This document shows positions 40,970 to 50,202 of a stretch of DNA of 64,000 nt, piece after piece. The stretch's first letter is position 1, and every line of letters begins with the position of its first letter. A program made the translations under genes and the position numbers. Below the pieces are notes generated by a model, which searched no databases, was not told the DNA's origin, and worked only from the letters and a program-made list of their open reading frames with translations. Source of the stretch: Nitrospirota bacterium (lineage in GTDB: Bacteria; Nitrospirota; UBA9217); the NCBI GenBank assembly GCA_963790205.1, contig CAWBNQ010000005.1, positions 192,001-256,000 on the forward strand, read 5' to 3'.

Positions 40970-43042
40970 TCATAGCGGCAAGGACCTGATAGCGCTTGCA
41001 TCCACTACCCCTATATTTCTGCCTAGAAGCATTTCGGAAGACTTCACAGCATTCAGCTTCTGCTTAACATACCGTTTAATTTGAAGTTCTTTTGGAGGAG
41101 CGGTCGTGGTCGTCAATACATACTGAAATGGACAGTCCGTAGGGCCGCCAAAGTGTTCTTGCAATGAAGCGACAAAACGAATAAAACTCTTGTAAATGCG
41201 CAGACCAAGATCAGCCTCACGCGGGCTATCATGGAGAAGGAAGCCGGGCATACATGCATTGTCGGATACAGTATTGTAGATAAGAGAAGCAATATCCGTT
41301 AGGAGCACAGACAACGTTTCTACGGCTTCACCGGTCATGGCTGGCCCGTGAGTGATCGAGAACGCCAATTCACGTTTATCGAGACTTACTTTGCCATCAT
41401 ATGTGCCAGAAGCAAGCACGGCTTTAACAGAAGCAGAGAAGATAGCAGCCAACAAATCACGACTTTCATTGTGTCCCGCAAGAAGCTTTGTCAGGCGCTG
41501 TTCCAACTCTTTAATTTGGCTGGCAGTGTTTTCCTGCTTTTTTCGGCACTCGTCAAGTTCCTTATTAGCGCCAGCCTGATCCCGTTTTGTGTACCCTGTT
41601 TCCAACCCCTCGTATTTCTGCCCTAGTTCTCTTAGCCGACCTTGTCTCCCCTGGATATCGGACTGTATATCAGTTCTCTTTACGTGATATTTGTGCCGCT
41701 CAGTTTTGTGAGCATCAATTTCTCTCTGAATATGCTGTTTTTGCAGGTCAAGATTCTGCTGAGCCTCTACGCGCTGTTCTTGCTTCTGTTTTATCACCTT
41801 TGCATCTTGATGCTGCTTGATCTCAAATAAATTACGCCTTCTCTTAACATGACCACAATCACGATAAAGCACACCTCCGAGCGAGCAAGTCTGATCGCTA
41901 TACTCGTCAAATGCATCAACATTCTTCTGATTTTTACTGAGGCTGGCATCCAATTCTAGAACTGCTGCCTTTTCCACATTAAACGTATTGTCAAGGATCT
42001 TAAGACGCGCCTCAAGCTGCAAAATCTTACCACCATAAAAATCGATCTTTTCTTGATTTGCCGTCTCTTCCTTTTTAAGCAGGGCAATCTCGGTTTCTAC
42101 TTTTTCGGTAGCATTTTTCGTTAGAAGGCTTAGATCAGGCAGTAGATTTCCAGAATGCAGCGGCATCTCAGATATTTGCCGTTCATCAGGCAATAAATCT
42201 TGAAGGCATTTTCGCAATTCTGAATCAAGTCGGTTTATCCAGTATTGCGGCTCTCGCTTGAGTTTTTCATATTCTTTTTCCAAGCTATCATAATTTTGCT
42301 TGAGCGTTACCAGATTCTCCTCGCCTTTCAGCTCATCAGGCAAGAATAAGCCTAACACCGTCCGCATCATGAACAAGGGGTCTGCTTTTGAAGACCTAAA
42401 GGCAGGGGTTTCTGATTCGCTACGAGGTGATCGCCATTCGTGGATATTTTGAAAACGAGACTCCTGGTCGCGTGTACACCATGAGAGGACATGTCCCCAC
42501 TGGATAGGCTCTCCAGCCCGAACAAAAGCGCCTGCGCCTGTACCAAGATCATCAAGCAGCCCATCGAGACCAAGAAGTTCAGTATACGTTTCCACGTATG
42601 CGGGCCTCGAACGGTCCTGTAGAATATCCTCAACGGCTGCGTCTTCTTTGATATATGAATTTCGACCCTTACCTATCGGCCGCAAAACTCCCCACTTTTT
42701 CCCCTTCACGTGGATTTCGGCTGCAATGTAGCCACTTGGAAAAGCATTCTGAATCAATTCGGTGTTGGCCCGTGTTCCATAAGTTTTTTCACCAAGAACA
42801 TATCGCACGAAGCGACAGAAAGTCGTCTTTCCCGCGCTATGACCGGATATTTCAGCCGATGGATCATCGTCCTCGGTCTCCTCTGCCCAAATGATATTAA
42901 GCCCACGTATAAGCTTAATATCACGAATCGTCACAGGATCAGGAGCAATCCGCTCAAAAATGGCTAGACGACTGATCCAGACATTGGGTTCCGTTTTTTT
43001 TGGTTTAAGTTTTAGATCTTTGAAAATATCCATATCCGTCAC
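40970..43042 (-). CDS. SMC-like coiled-coil ABC ATPase (ABC-three-component/Lamassu LmuB-like)
   Basis: Walker A GHSAGKTT, long coiled coil with central C..C (CSLGG..RDC), Walker B FLLHDSPRE, FQYVLTTT. Confidence 0.75.
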   Translation of the reverse strand: MTDMDIFKDLKLKPKKTEPNVWISRLAIFERIAPDPVTIRDIKLIRGLNIIWAEETEDDDPSAEISGHSAGKTTFCRFVRYVLGEKTYGTRANTELIQNAFPSGYIAAEIHVKGKKWGVLRPIGKGRNSYIKEDAAVEDILQDRSRPAYVETYTELLGLDGLLDDLGTGAGAFVRAGEPIQWGHVLSWCTRDQESRFQNIHEWRSPRSESETPAFRSSKADPLFMMRTVLGLFLPDELKGEENLVTLKQNYDSLEKEYEKLKREPQYWINRLDSELRKCLQDLLPDERQISEMPLHSGNLLPDLSLLTKNATEKVETEIALLKKEETANQEKIDFYGGKILQLEARLKILDNTFNVEKAAVLELDASLSKNQKNVDAFDEYSDQTCSLGGVLYRDCGHVKRRRNLFEIKQHQDAKVIKQKQEQRVEAQQNLDLQKQHIQREIDAHKTERHKYHVKRTDIQSDIQGRQGRLRELGQKYEGLETGYTKRDQAGANKELDECRKKQENTASQIKELEQRLTKLLAGHNESRDLLAAIFSASVKAVLASGTYDGKVSLDKRELAFSITHGPAMTGEAVETLSVLLTDIASLIYNTVSDNACMPGFLLHDSPREADLGLRIYKSFIRFVASLQEHFGGPTDCPFQYVLTTTTAPPKELQIKRYVKQKLNAVKSSEMLLGRNIGVVDASAIRSLPL

Positions 43043-46000
43043 CTATGCAGCAAGTGCATATTCTTTGTGTTGCTGATCAAAGATGTGGAGAATAGCCTGT
43101 TGTTCCGGCGATATTAACAAATCGGTCCTGATAGTTTTTATCTGTGCAAGTGCCTTAAGAGCGTATTTAACAACCGCTTCAGCCCCTTCTGGAAATATCT
43201 TCTTTACTTTGAGCAAGTCGAGCCCGCTGTTAATCGTCTGTTCAGCCTGTGCACGTATGATCACTACTGCTTTATGCTGCTCCAGATGACCACGGCAGTC
43301 ACTCCACCGGATTGACTGACCAGTTTCAACAAATAGTCCGCGTGGGGCAGATGCGACCGCCTTTCTGAAACCAGCATGATCTTTCTTATCAAGAAAGGTT
43401 TTGCACCACTCTGGATGAGTAGCCAGAAGTAGAGCGTCAAGGTGATCCATGCTTGATAGGACACCCGCGTATTCCACAATTGATAGCGCAGCTGCACATA
43501 TAGTCCTGTCTGAGACGTTTGCGGGATAGGATGTTGCGGCCAGAGCATCAACATCGATGTCCGGAAGCAATGGCAGGAAGAGACTCTCTGGTCCAACGAT
43601 CTTTACTTTTCGAACTTCCTTTTCTTCCCATAGGCCAGCATTTACCTCTTGCTGGTGAATTTCGTAATTCCGCTTTAAGAGACGCTTAAGTACTTCTTGG
43701 CGAGCACCAGGTGAAATAGTGAACCGAATACGGTCGTTTTCAGAGAGGGTATCGATCTCATAGAAATCATGCCCCAGACTGAGGTTGTTCCAGCCGTAGG
43801 CATCTCGGATAGCCTCATCTAGTTTTTGGTGTAGATAGCGCAGTTCTAGGATGCCTTTATAGCCCGCTTCGGATTCCGCAAGAGTCTTCATGCTGACCTT
43901 GGCAACCGATGAGGGAGTCATGCCTCGGTCATGAAACAGGTTGTATATATCAGTCAGACCCAGCCAAAGTTGACGCATGAGAGTGCTACGATGATCATGG
44001 TAGCGATTACCTATAGAGGTTAGTCCGGCGTTAGTCGTTTGCCACAGTCCTTCAGGAAATGGAAATGTATCAAAACATTTAGATGGCGAATAACGCAAAT
44101 CCTGTTTCAGTGCACCGCTGTATTTACGTGCCCAAGCTTCGTGAAAACCTGACTGGACGACTGCATAGAGATCCCATCGGTCGGTGGTGAAGACTTTTAG
44201 GGCATGAGAGAAAACGATATTTGTTGGGGCCGCAGAGAAGCTAAGGTACTTCGTTGTTGCTGCAGCAACAAAACAATGGGGTAGCCCTTTGATTTTTGAG
44301 GTCATTTCCATGCGCGGCCGAAGGAATATCCACCATTTGCCTTTAGCACCTTTATCATGCTCTTTTTCACGCATTGGCTTTACGCGGTCTTCGACAATCT
44401 TAATCGGTTCAGAATACTTCTGTGCTCTTTCTAAGGGCCAATCGAAAAAATTAATGATTTCTCGCTCAGGTTGCTGTTCTGGATGATTATTAAGTTCATG
44501 CCCGTTGATGATAGGAAAGATTACATCACGATTACGAGGATCCCTATCAATCATACGGCGCGCTTCGTCGTGGTTCAATAAAAAGCCGTCCCCCTGCCAC
44601 TTAGCTCCCTCGTAGAGTACGTCTGCATTCTGTTTCAAAACAAGGGGCGCATCGGTGTCCTGTGAATCCTCAAAATAGGCATTGATCACTGACACTTCCC
44701 GATTGTCAATGAAACATTTGCCCCTCCATTGCCCCTTATGAACGCCAACGAGAGAAACTATTATGTTAGCGCGACCAGGCCACTTAATGCCACGTACAAC
44801 AAAGTTTATTGCGCCCCCCTGAACTATCACCTGCTCAAGCCCGTCTTTTCTGATGTCACCATCCTTGATTGAGTTGGTTGTAATTAGGGCAGTGATGCCG
44901 TCTGGACTGAGCAGAGTGTAAATACGTCGAACGAAATACGCTACCAAATCGCTCAATCCGGTCGGGGCATACTCCCACTTGACGTAATTGCAGAAAGAAT
45001 AGCCGTAAGTACCGCTCAGATGGGTTCCGCCCAAATACGGCGGGTTACCAAGAATGCAATCGAAACCGCCTCGTTCAATGATGTCTGGAAATTCTAGAAA
45101 CCAGTGGAAGAAACGTTTACCATGAGCTATCGACCAAGCCTCCGCAGTCGATTGTCCCTGAGGATGACGCTCTCCAGACCAGTAGAGACGGAAATCGCTA
45201 TCGGTGGTTAGTTTTGGCTGGTTTTCAGTCGTTTTGGGCAAGTAAAACTGAGCAATAGGAATGGCTGCGATTTGTTCGAGCAGTATGGCGTCAGTACTAT
45301 TTGTAAACTCTATATAGCGCTGCTTCTTAATGTCGAATTCGGAAGGTGTCCGATCAGGCAAATTAGAAAGCTCACGCCAACGAGTTAGGACGGCATCACG
45401 ATGCCTCAGAATTTCCGAAGAGTAATTGAGTGTTACCTGCTTTATATTTGCGCGATCTGATTTATTGCGCCTGCGGAATGCCACTGATATGTCTTTGTCA
45501 TCACCAGGCATGGTGATGAATGCCTCATCAGGCACGCCTCTAATGACGTCCTCCCAACGAGCATAGCCGACAATTGCATTGCCGCACTTGATATGATGAT
45601 CAAGGAAGTTGAGTGGCTCTCCAGGGTTGTGGGCTTCCAGCCAAAGGGCAACTTTGCAAAGTTCCACCGCGAGTGGATTCAAGTCCACACCGTAGATACA
45701 TTCACGGATTACGTCCCGAACAGCTGTGCGAAAGGCCGCTGGTGATGGTTGCTCCTCACCTGTGCGGACAGCAGCCAGTTCCGTAGCAATTCGCCGGGCA
45801 GCAGCCAGCAGGATATGACCGGATCCACAAGAGATATCTGCCACACGTAAGGAAAGCAACGCTTTTTCACGATCCGATTCCTTGAGCTTGTCGGCAATAA
45901 GATAATCAAGGGAATGCTTGATTAAAGGTTGAACCAGATCATCCGGTGTGTAGTGGGAACCGGTAACAGCGCGTTGATCGCCCGGCGCGAAATCGAACTC

Positions 46001-47326
46001 CACCACGCCTTCGCTTTGAATAAATACGGGTTTATATTCCAGTAGCCCCTCATAGACTGAGCCAAATTCTTCGACATTGAGAGCGGCGTAGTTGACGCGG
46101 ATCACCTGACCTGTGTCAGGATGCTGGTAAAGACCAAGCGAACGCAGACAGCCGAGGAGCACATCATTGCCGAGGGTGCAGCCACCGAGTTGACCGATGG
46201 CAAAGGGGCTGAACAGGTCCCCTGCCAACGGTGCGATTCCAAGTTTTTGACCAGGACCACCGGCTTCAAAAAGACGAAAAGTAGTCAGCAATGAAAGCCA
46301 ATGGTCATTCTTGCGGCGGTCGGCTAAATAACGCTTCTCGGAGAGGCGGCGCAGGCGCTGGAGGCTGTAGTAGTGCTCGTATATATCTCGTTTAGAGGCG
46401 TCCGACTTTACGGGAAAGACAAGGCCGCGCTCCTCGATCACCATCAGGAAGAGGAGGCGATAGATCAGCCGTAGCAGGTGTTGGTAGTAGGCATCAGGTT
46501 CCAGTTCGTCGGAGACCACTGTTTGACGAAGTGAATCGTTGGCGGGATGAGCAAGAAACCCATTTGCAAATTCACGGATAGCACTCTCGACCGCACGGCT
46601 CAAACCATCGCGGATGCGCGCGCCGGAATCAAGGGAGTCTTGGTGATAACGCTCAATAATGCACTCTGCCGAAGTTTCGGGCGAGACAGGCAGCCTTGAT
46701 GCATGCAACAGTCGATAAAGAACAGCAAAATCGGCAAACAAACCGTCGTTGAAGATCCTATCAAGATCGAACTCCAGGTAGGTCAGTTTGACAAGTCGCG
46801 AACTATCACGCAGCAGACGAAGCACTCGGCCGTTTGTTACAAGACCGTACAGTCCATCCGTAAGGTTGAGATACTCTTGCACCATTCCATGCGCAGACAT
46901 GCGTAGGACGGCTTTTTCGGGCTTCCTATCCAGCCCCGCCGGCTCGCGATAACCGACGATATGAACTGGGATACGTCCACGATTACTAAGACGGTGGGAG
47001 ATAGCATAAGTCTTACCATTCAATTCCACGCTCTTTTGCTGGTATTCAAGCTCGTAGCCAAGCAAAGAAAGAAACGGGACTACCCAGAGACTGCGCGTTT
47101 CCGTCGTGGCTGGATTATCGACTTTGACCGCTTCCAATTTTCGCTGAAAAATACGCCAATAGTCCTGTGCATCAGCCCAGGCACGGACAATTTCATCTTT
47201 CACCTTTCTGGATGAGTCGAAACCAAAGTCTAGCGGACGTTGGCCGTTAGCTTCTTCGAGCCGAGTCAGAATGTCAGGTGAAAGGATGGCTCCTTCTATG
47301 CGGATGCTTGGATAGTTCATAGGCAT
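43043..47326 (-). CDS. Large N6-adenine DNA methyltransferase (Eco57I/type IIG, DrmMI-like) with an extra C-terminal domain
   Basis: EEFGSVYEGLL, GSHYTP, DISCGSGH, IYGVDLNP, GNPPY, RYSPS.CF.TFPFP TRD. Confidence 0.9.
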   Translation of the reverse strand: MPMNYPSIRIEGAILSPDILTRLEEANGQRPLDFGFDSSRKVKDEIVRAWADAQDYWRIFQRKLEAVKVDNPATTETRSLWVVPFLSLLGYELEYQQKSVELNGKTYAISHRLSNRGRIPVHIVGYREPAGLDRKPEKAVLRMSAHGMVQEYLNLTDGLYGLVTNGRVLRLLRDSSRLVKLTYLEFDLDRIFNDGLFADFAVLYRLLHASRLPVSPETSAECIIERYHQDSLDSGARIRDGLSRAVESAIREFANGFLAHPANDSLRQTVVSDELEPDAYYQHLLRLIYRLLFLMVIEERGLVFPVKSDASKRDIYEHYYSLQRLRRLSEKRYLADRRKNDHWLSLLTTFRLFEAGGPGQKLGIAPLAGDLFSPFAIGQLGGCTLGNDVLLGCLRSLGLYQHPDTGQVIRVNYAALNVEEFGSVYEGLLEYKPVFIQSEGVVEFDFAPGDQRAVTGSHYTPDDLVQPLIKHSLDYLIADKLKESDREKALLSLRVADISCGSGHILLAAARRIATELAAVRTGEEQPSPAAFRTAVRDVIRECIYGVDLNPLAVELCKVALWLEAHNPGEPLNFLDHHIKCGNAIVGYARWEDVIRGVPDEAFITMPGDDKDISVAFRRRNKSDRANIKQVTLNYSSEILRHRDAVLTRWRELSNLPDRTPSEFDIKKQRYIEFTNSTDAILLEQIAAIPIAQFYLPKTTENQPKLTTDSDFRLYWSGERHPQGQSTAEAWSIAHGKRFFHWFLEFPDIIERGGFDCILGNPPYLGGTHLSGTYGYSFCNYVKWEYAPTGLSDLVAYFVRRIYTLLSPDGITALITTNSIKDGDIRKDGLEQVIVQGGAINFVVRGIKWPGRANIIVSLVGVHKGQWRGKCFIDNREVSVINAYFEDSQDTDAPLVLKQNADVLYEGAKWQGDGFLLNHDEARRMIDRDPRNRDVIFPIINGHELNNHPEQQPEREIINFFDWPLERAQKYSEPIKIVEDRVKPMREKEHDKGAKGKWWIFLRPRMEMTSKIKGLPHCFVAAATTKYLSFSAAPTNIVFSHALKVFTTDRWDLYAVVQSGFHEAWARKYSGALKQDLRYSPSKCFDTFPFPEGLWQTTNAGLTSIGNRYHDHRSTLMRQLWLGLTDIYNLFHDRGMTPSSVAKVSMKTLAESEAGYKGILELRYLHQKLDEAIRDAYGWNNLSLGHDFYEIDTLSENDRIRFTISPGARQEVLKRLLKRNYEIHQQEVNAGLWEEKEVRKVKIVGPESLFLPLLPDIDVDALAATSYPANVSDRTICAAALSIVEYAGVLSSMDHLDALLLATHPEWCKTFLDKKDHAGFRKAVASAPRGLFVETGQSIRWSDCRGHLEQHKAVVIIRAQAEQTINSGLDLLKVKKIFPEGAEAVVKYALKALAQIKTIRTDLLISPEQQAILHIFDQQHKEYALAA

Positions 47327-50202
47327 GCCTCGGCATTCCCGCCATCAGGGAGGAGAATGTAAACACCGAGAAGATCCATTGGCAATACCGGATAAACGAC
47401 CTGAAAACGTTTTGCATCCATAAGTGAACTGAAACGTTCATGGGATTCGACGAGCCGCTTTGATTGTTGCTCGGCAACCTTATCGAACTCTCCTCTTAAA
47501 TTATCAAGAAGTTTAAGTTCGTTTTCCAAGAAACCGGTGCGCGCCTGTGGGGTGAGTTCGGAAGACGCACGGGCCTCGGCCAACAAAACCCTTGCCTGGC
47601 CGTGTTCGAGAAACTCCTTGTCCTGCGGTGTGCCGCGCCATCCCCAGAGCAGCATTTCCTCAGCTACGATCTGGTGTTCACCTTTGCTCTGCTCTATCAC
47701 GTTGCGACATCGGAAAAGCAGCAATGTAGTCTTGGTCTTTACCTGCTTGGTGCGAATGATGGCTGCGCGCGCCGCACATTTATCCACGCGAGCGAGGGTA
47801 TTGGCCATGACAAGCTGACAAAGTTGTTCTACAAAACGGTGGTTACGCCCCAGGTAATGGTAGCCATCGGACGTGGGTGACCGGAAGCTTACTTTGACTG
47901 GATCGCCTTGTGGCAGTAAATCCCTCAACTGGGGCGACATGTTACCCATGACGATTCGGTAACCCTTGGCATCCTTGGTGACCTGCACACCAAGCAGGTT
48001 GTTCAGAACAGAGGTCACGAACTCTTCCACTGCTTTGGGATCGCCTATGGCTTCATCCATCTCACGAAGGTCAGCTTCGATCTCTTGAGCCTTAATGGCA
48101 TTCTGGGCGAAGATGCTACGGGATGCCTTTTCTCTCTCTGCGGCTTCGTCAACTTTGCGGGTGACACTTGCCTTAGCCGAGGCGGCTTCATCAAAACTAC
48201 TGAAGTCGAATTGGATCTGGTGCTTATCACGTTTTTTTTCGATCTGGCGATCAGGATTGAGCAGCAAGGCCTGGGTAATCGTGTCTATGATACTTTGAGA
48301 ATCCTCTGGAAAAGGAACATTGATGCCGGTAGCGCGCTTGATCTCGCGAACCTTGCGTAAGAGCACATCGAGAACGATGCCGTCTATCGGGTTATCCGCC
48401 CCGTAGAGTAGACAAGCCTTTACCTTCGGGGCCATCTGGCCGAATCGATCCACGCGGCCTTCTCGTTGCTCAAGCCGGTTCGGATTCCATGGCAAGTCGT
48501 AATGGAGAACACCGGTAAAGTGTTCTTGCAGATTGATACCTTCGCTCAGGCAGTCGGTTGCAATTAAGATGCGCAACTGAGACTTTCCCATTGCATCTAT
48601 GTGCTGCTTGCGCAGCTCGTCAGGAAGTTCACTCGTTATGACTTGAAGGTCGAGCTTCGGATACTTCTTTTTGAGCGCCGTTTCGAGTTGTGCGCCGATA
48701 TAGTTAGCTGTGGCGATATAACGGCAGAAAACAACTGGGTTGAAGCCTTGCTTTAACCAGTCTTCCAGAATCAGTTCGGCTGAAGCAAGTTTTTGGTCAT
48801 CTTTGATCGAGCTCAATTGCTGCAGTTGCTGGGAGAAGTACCGCATGCGTTCGCGTTGGTGTTTTGTCCAATCATTCCGCTCGATGACCTGAGTGGGCGC
48901 GTTGTCACCTTCGAACCCAAATTCAGTATCACGAACTGGGTTTTCCTCAAACGTTTCCTCACCCGCTAAGGCAGTTTCTGCGTCATCTTTCGCAGCAGAT
49001 GCGAGGTTAGAAAGCCTGGTGTTGAGCATCTCGATACCAGCAGCGGGGCTAGACATCACACCACGCAATAGTGCGAGTGCAGTCCAATATTGGACCCGCT
49101 TCTGGACGCCTCGTTCGGAGTCCGGAGCGATTAGCTTACGAGCAAAGTCGAGGATTTCGTCAAAAAAGTGAGAATAGCTGGTTGAGAGGTCATAGGCCCA
49201 CTCGAAAGCTTCACGCTCAGGGAATGGCGTGTCTTCCCCCATCCATTTTTCGACATCGGCCCGCTTGCGCTGAACAAAGTGACGTGCCAGATCGCGGCGC
49301 TGTGCTTGCGAGGAACTGGGAAGGTCAATCATCTCGAATTCCGGACTGAGCAGGCCGAGCAACGAATGAAATTCCTCGGGCTTCCCGCTGTGCGGTGTGG
49401 CGGTGAGCATGATAAGCTGCTGGTTCGGCTTCTCGGCGATTCTGCTGACAAGATGGTAGCGTTGTTGCTGGCTGGCAGAAGCGCCGGTAGGCCGTGCGCA
49501 GGTATGGGTTTCGTCCACGATCACCATTTCTGGACACTGCTCGACAAATACATCGCGCCTGGTATCGGACTTGATGAAATCAATGCTGATGACTTGGTAA
49601 GGATAGTAATCATAGACACTTGTGTCACCCTGTATCTGCCGGTCGAGTCGTGCCTGGGTGTTGGAGCGAATGATGACCGCCTCAATATCGAGCTTAGCAC
49701 GAATCTCGGCCTGCCACTGTTCGCAGAGATGAGGCAGACATATTACGGCAAAGCGTTTGATCTTGCGTCGCTCCAACAGTTCTTTAACGATGAGCAACGC
49801 CTCTACTGTCTTTCCTACACCGACATCATCGGCAATGAGCAAACGTACCGATTCCTGACGCAAGGCCATGATAAGCGGCACCATCTGGTAGGAACGCGGC
49901 CGGAAGGAGAGTTTTGCCAGGGCGCGAAACGGGCCGGCGCCGTTGCGAAAAGCCAAACGAGCGGAGTCATAGAGCAAGCGGGCTGTGCTGATATCTCCGA
50001 GGTCCAATGCCCCTGGCGACGGAAAGCTCGCATCCTCGGGTTGGTCGGCTTCAATGCCCAGCGGCAGATAAATACCTGCGGTTTCATCGTCAGAGCCACC
50101 AAGCGGTTTGACGATCAAAAGATCTTTATCATCTGATGGGAGGACGATCCAGTCGCGTCCACGGAGGGAGACTAACTTTCCCGGTTGAAGTTGTACTGTC
50201 AT
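47317..50202 (-). CDS. SNF2-type helicase (DrmD-like)
   Basis: DDVGVGKT, DETH, TATPH, YDLPWNPNRLEQREGRVDRFGQ. Confidence 0.9.
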   Translation of the reverse strand: MTVQLQPGKLVSLRGRDWIVLPSDDKDLLIVKPLGGSDDETAGIYLPLGIEADQPEDASFPSPGALDLGDISTARLLYDSARLAFRNGAGPFRALAKLSFRPRSYQMVPLIMALRQESVRLLIADDVGVGKTVEALLIVKELLERRKIKRFAVICLPHLCEQWQAEIRAKLDIEAVIIRSNTQARLDRQIQGDTSVYDYYPYQVISIDFIKSDTRRDVFVEQCPEMVIVDETHTCARPTGASASQQQRYHLVSRIAEKPNQQLIMLTATPHSGKPEEFHSLLGLLSPEFEMIDLPSSSQAQRRDLARHFVQRKRADVEKWMGEDTPFPEREAFEWAYDLSTSYSHFFDEILDFARKLIAPDSERGVQKRVQYWTALALLRGVMSSPAAGIEMLNTRLSNLASAAKDDAETALAGEETFEENPVRDTEFGFEGDNAPTQVIERNDWTKHQRERMRYFSQQLQQLSSIKDDQKLASAELILEDWLKQGFNPVVFCRYIATANYIGAQLETALKKKYPKLDLQVITSELPDELRKQHIDAMGKSQLRILIATDCLSEGINLQEHFTGVLHYDLPWNPNRLEQREGRVDRFGQMAPKVKACLLYGADNPIDGIVLDVLLRKVREIKRATGINVPFPEDSQSIIDTITQALLLNPDRQIEKKRDKHQIQFDFSSFDEAASAKASVTRKVDEAAEREKASRSIFAQNAIKAQEIEADLREMDEAIGDPKAVEEFVTSVLNNLLGVQVTKDAKGYRIVMGNMSPQLRDLLPQGDPVKVSFRSPTSDGYHYLGRNHRFVEQLCQLVMANTLARVDKCAARAAIIRTKQVKTKTTLLLFRCRNVIEQSKGEHQIVAEEMLLWGWRGTPQDKEFLEHGQARVLLAEARASSELTPQARTGFLENELKLLDNLRGEFDKVAEQQSKRLVESHERFSSLMDAKRFQVVYPVLPMDLLGVYILLPDGGNAEACL

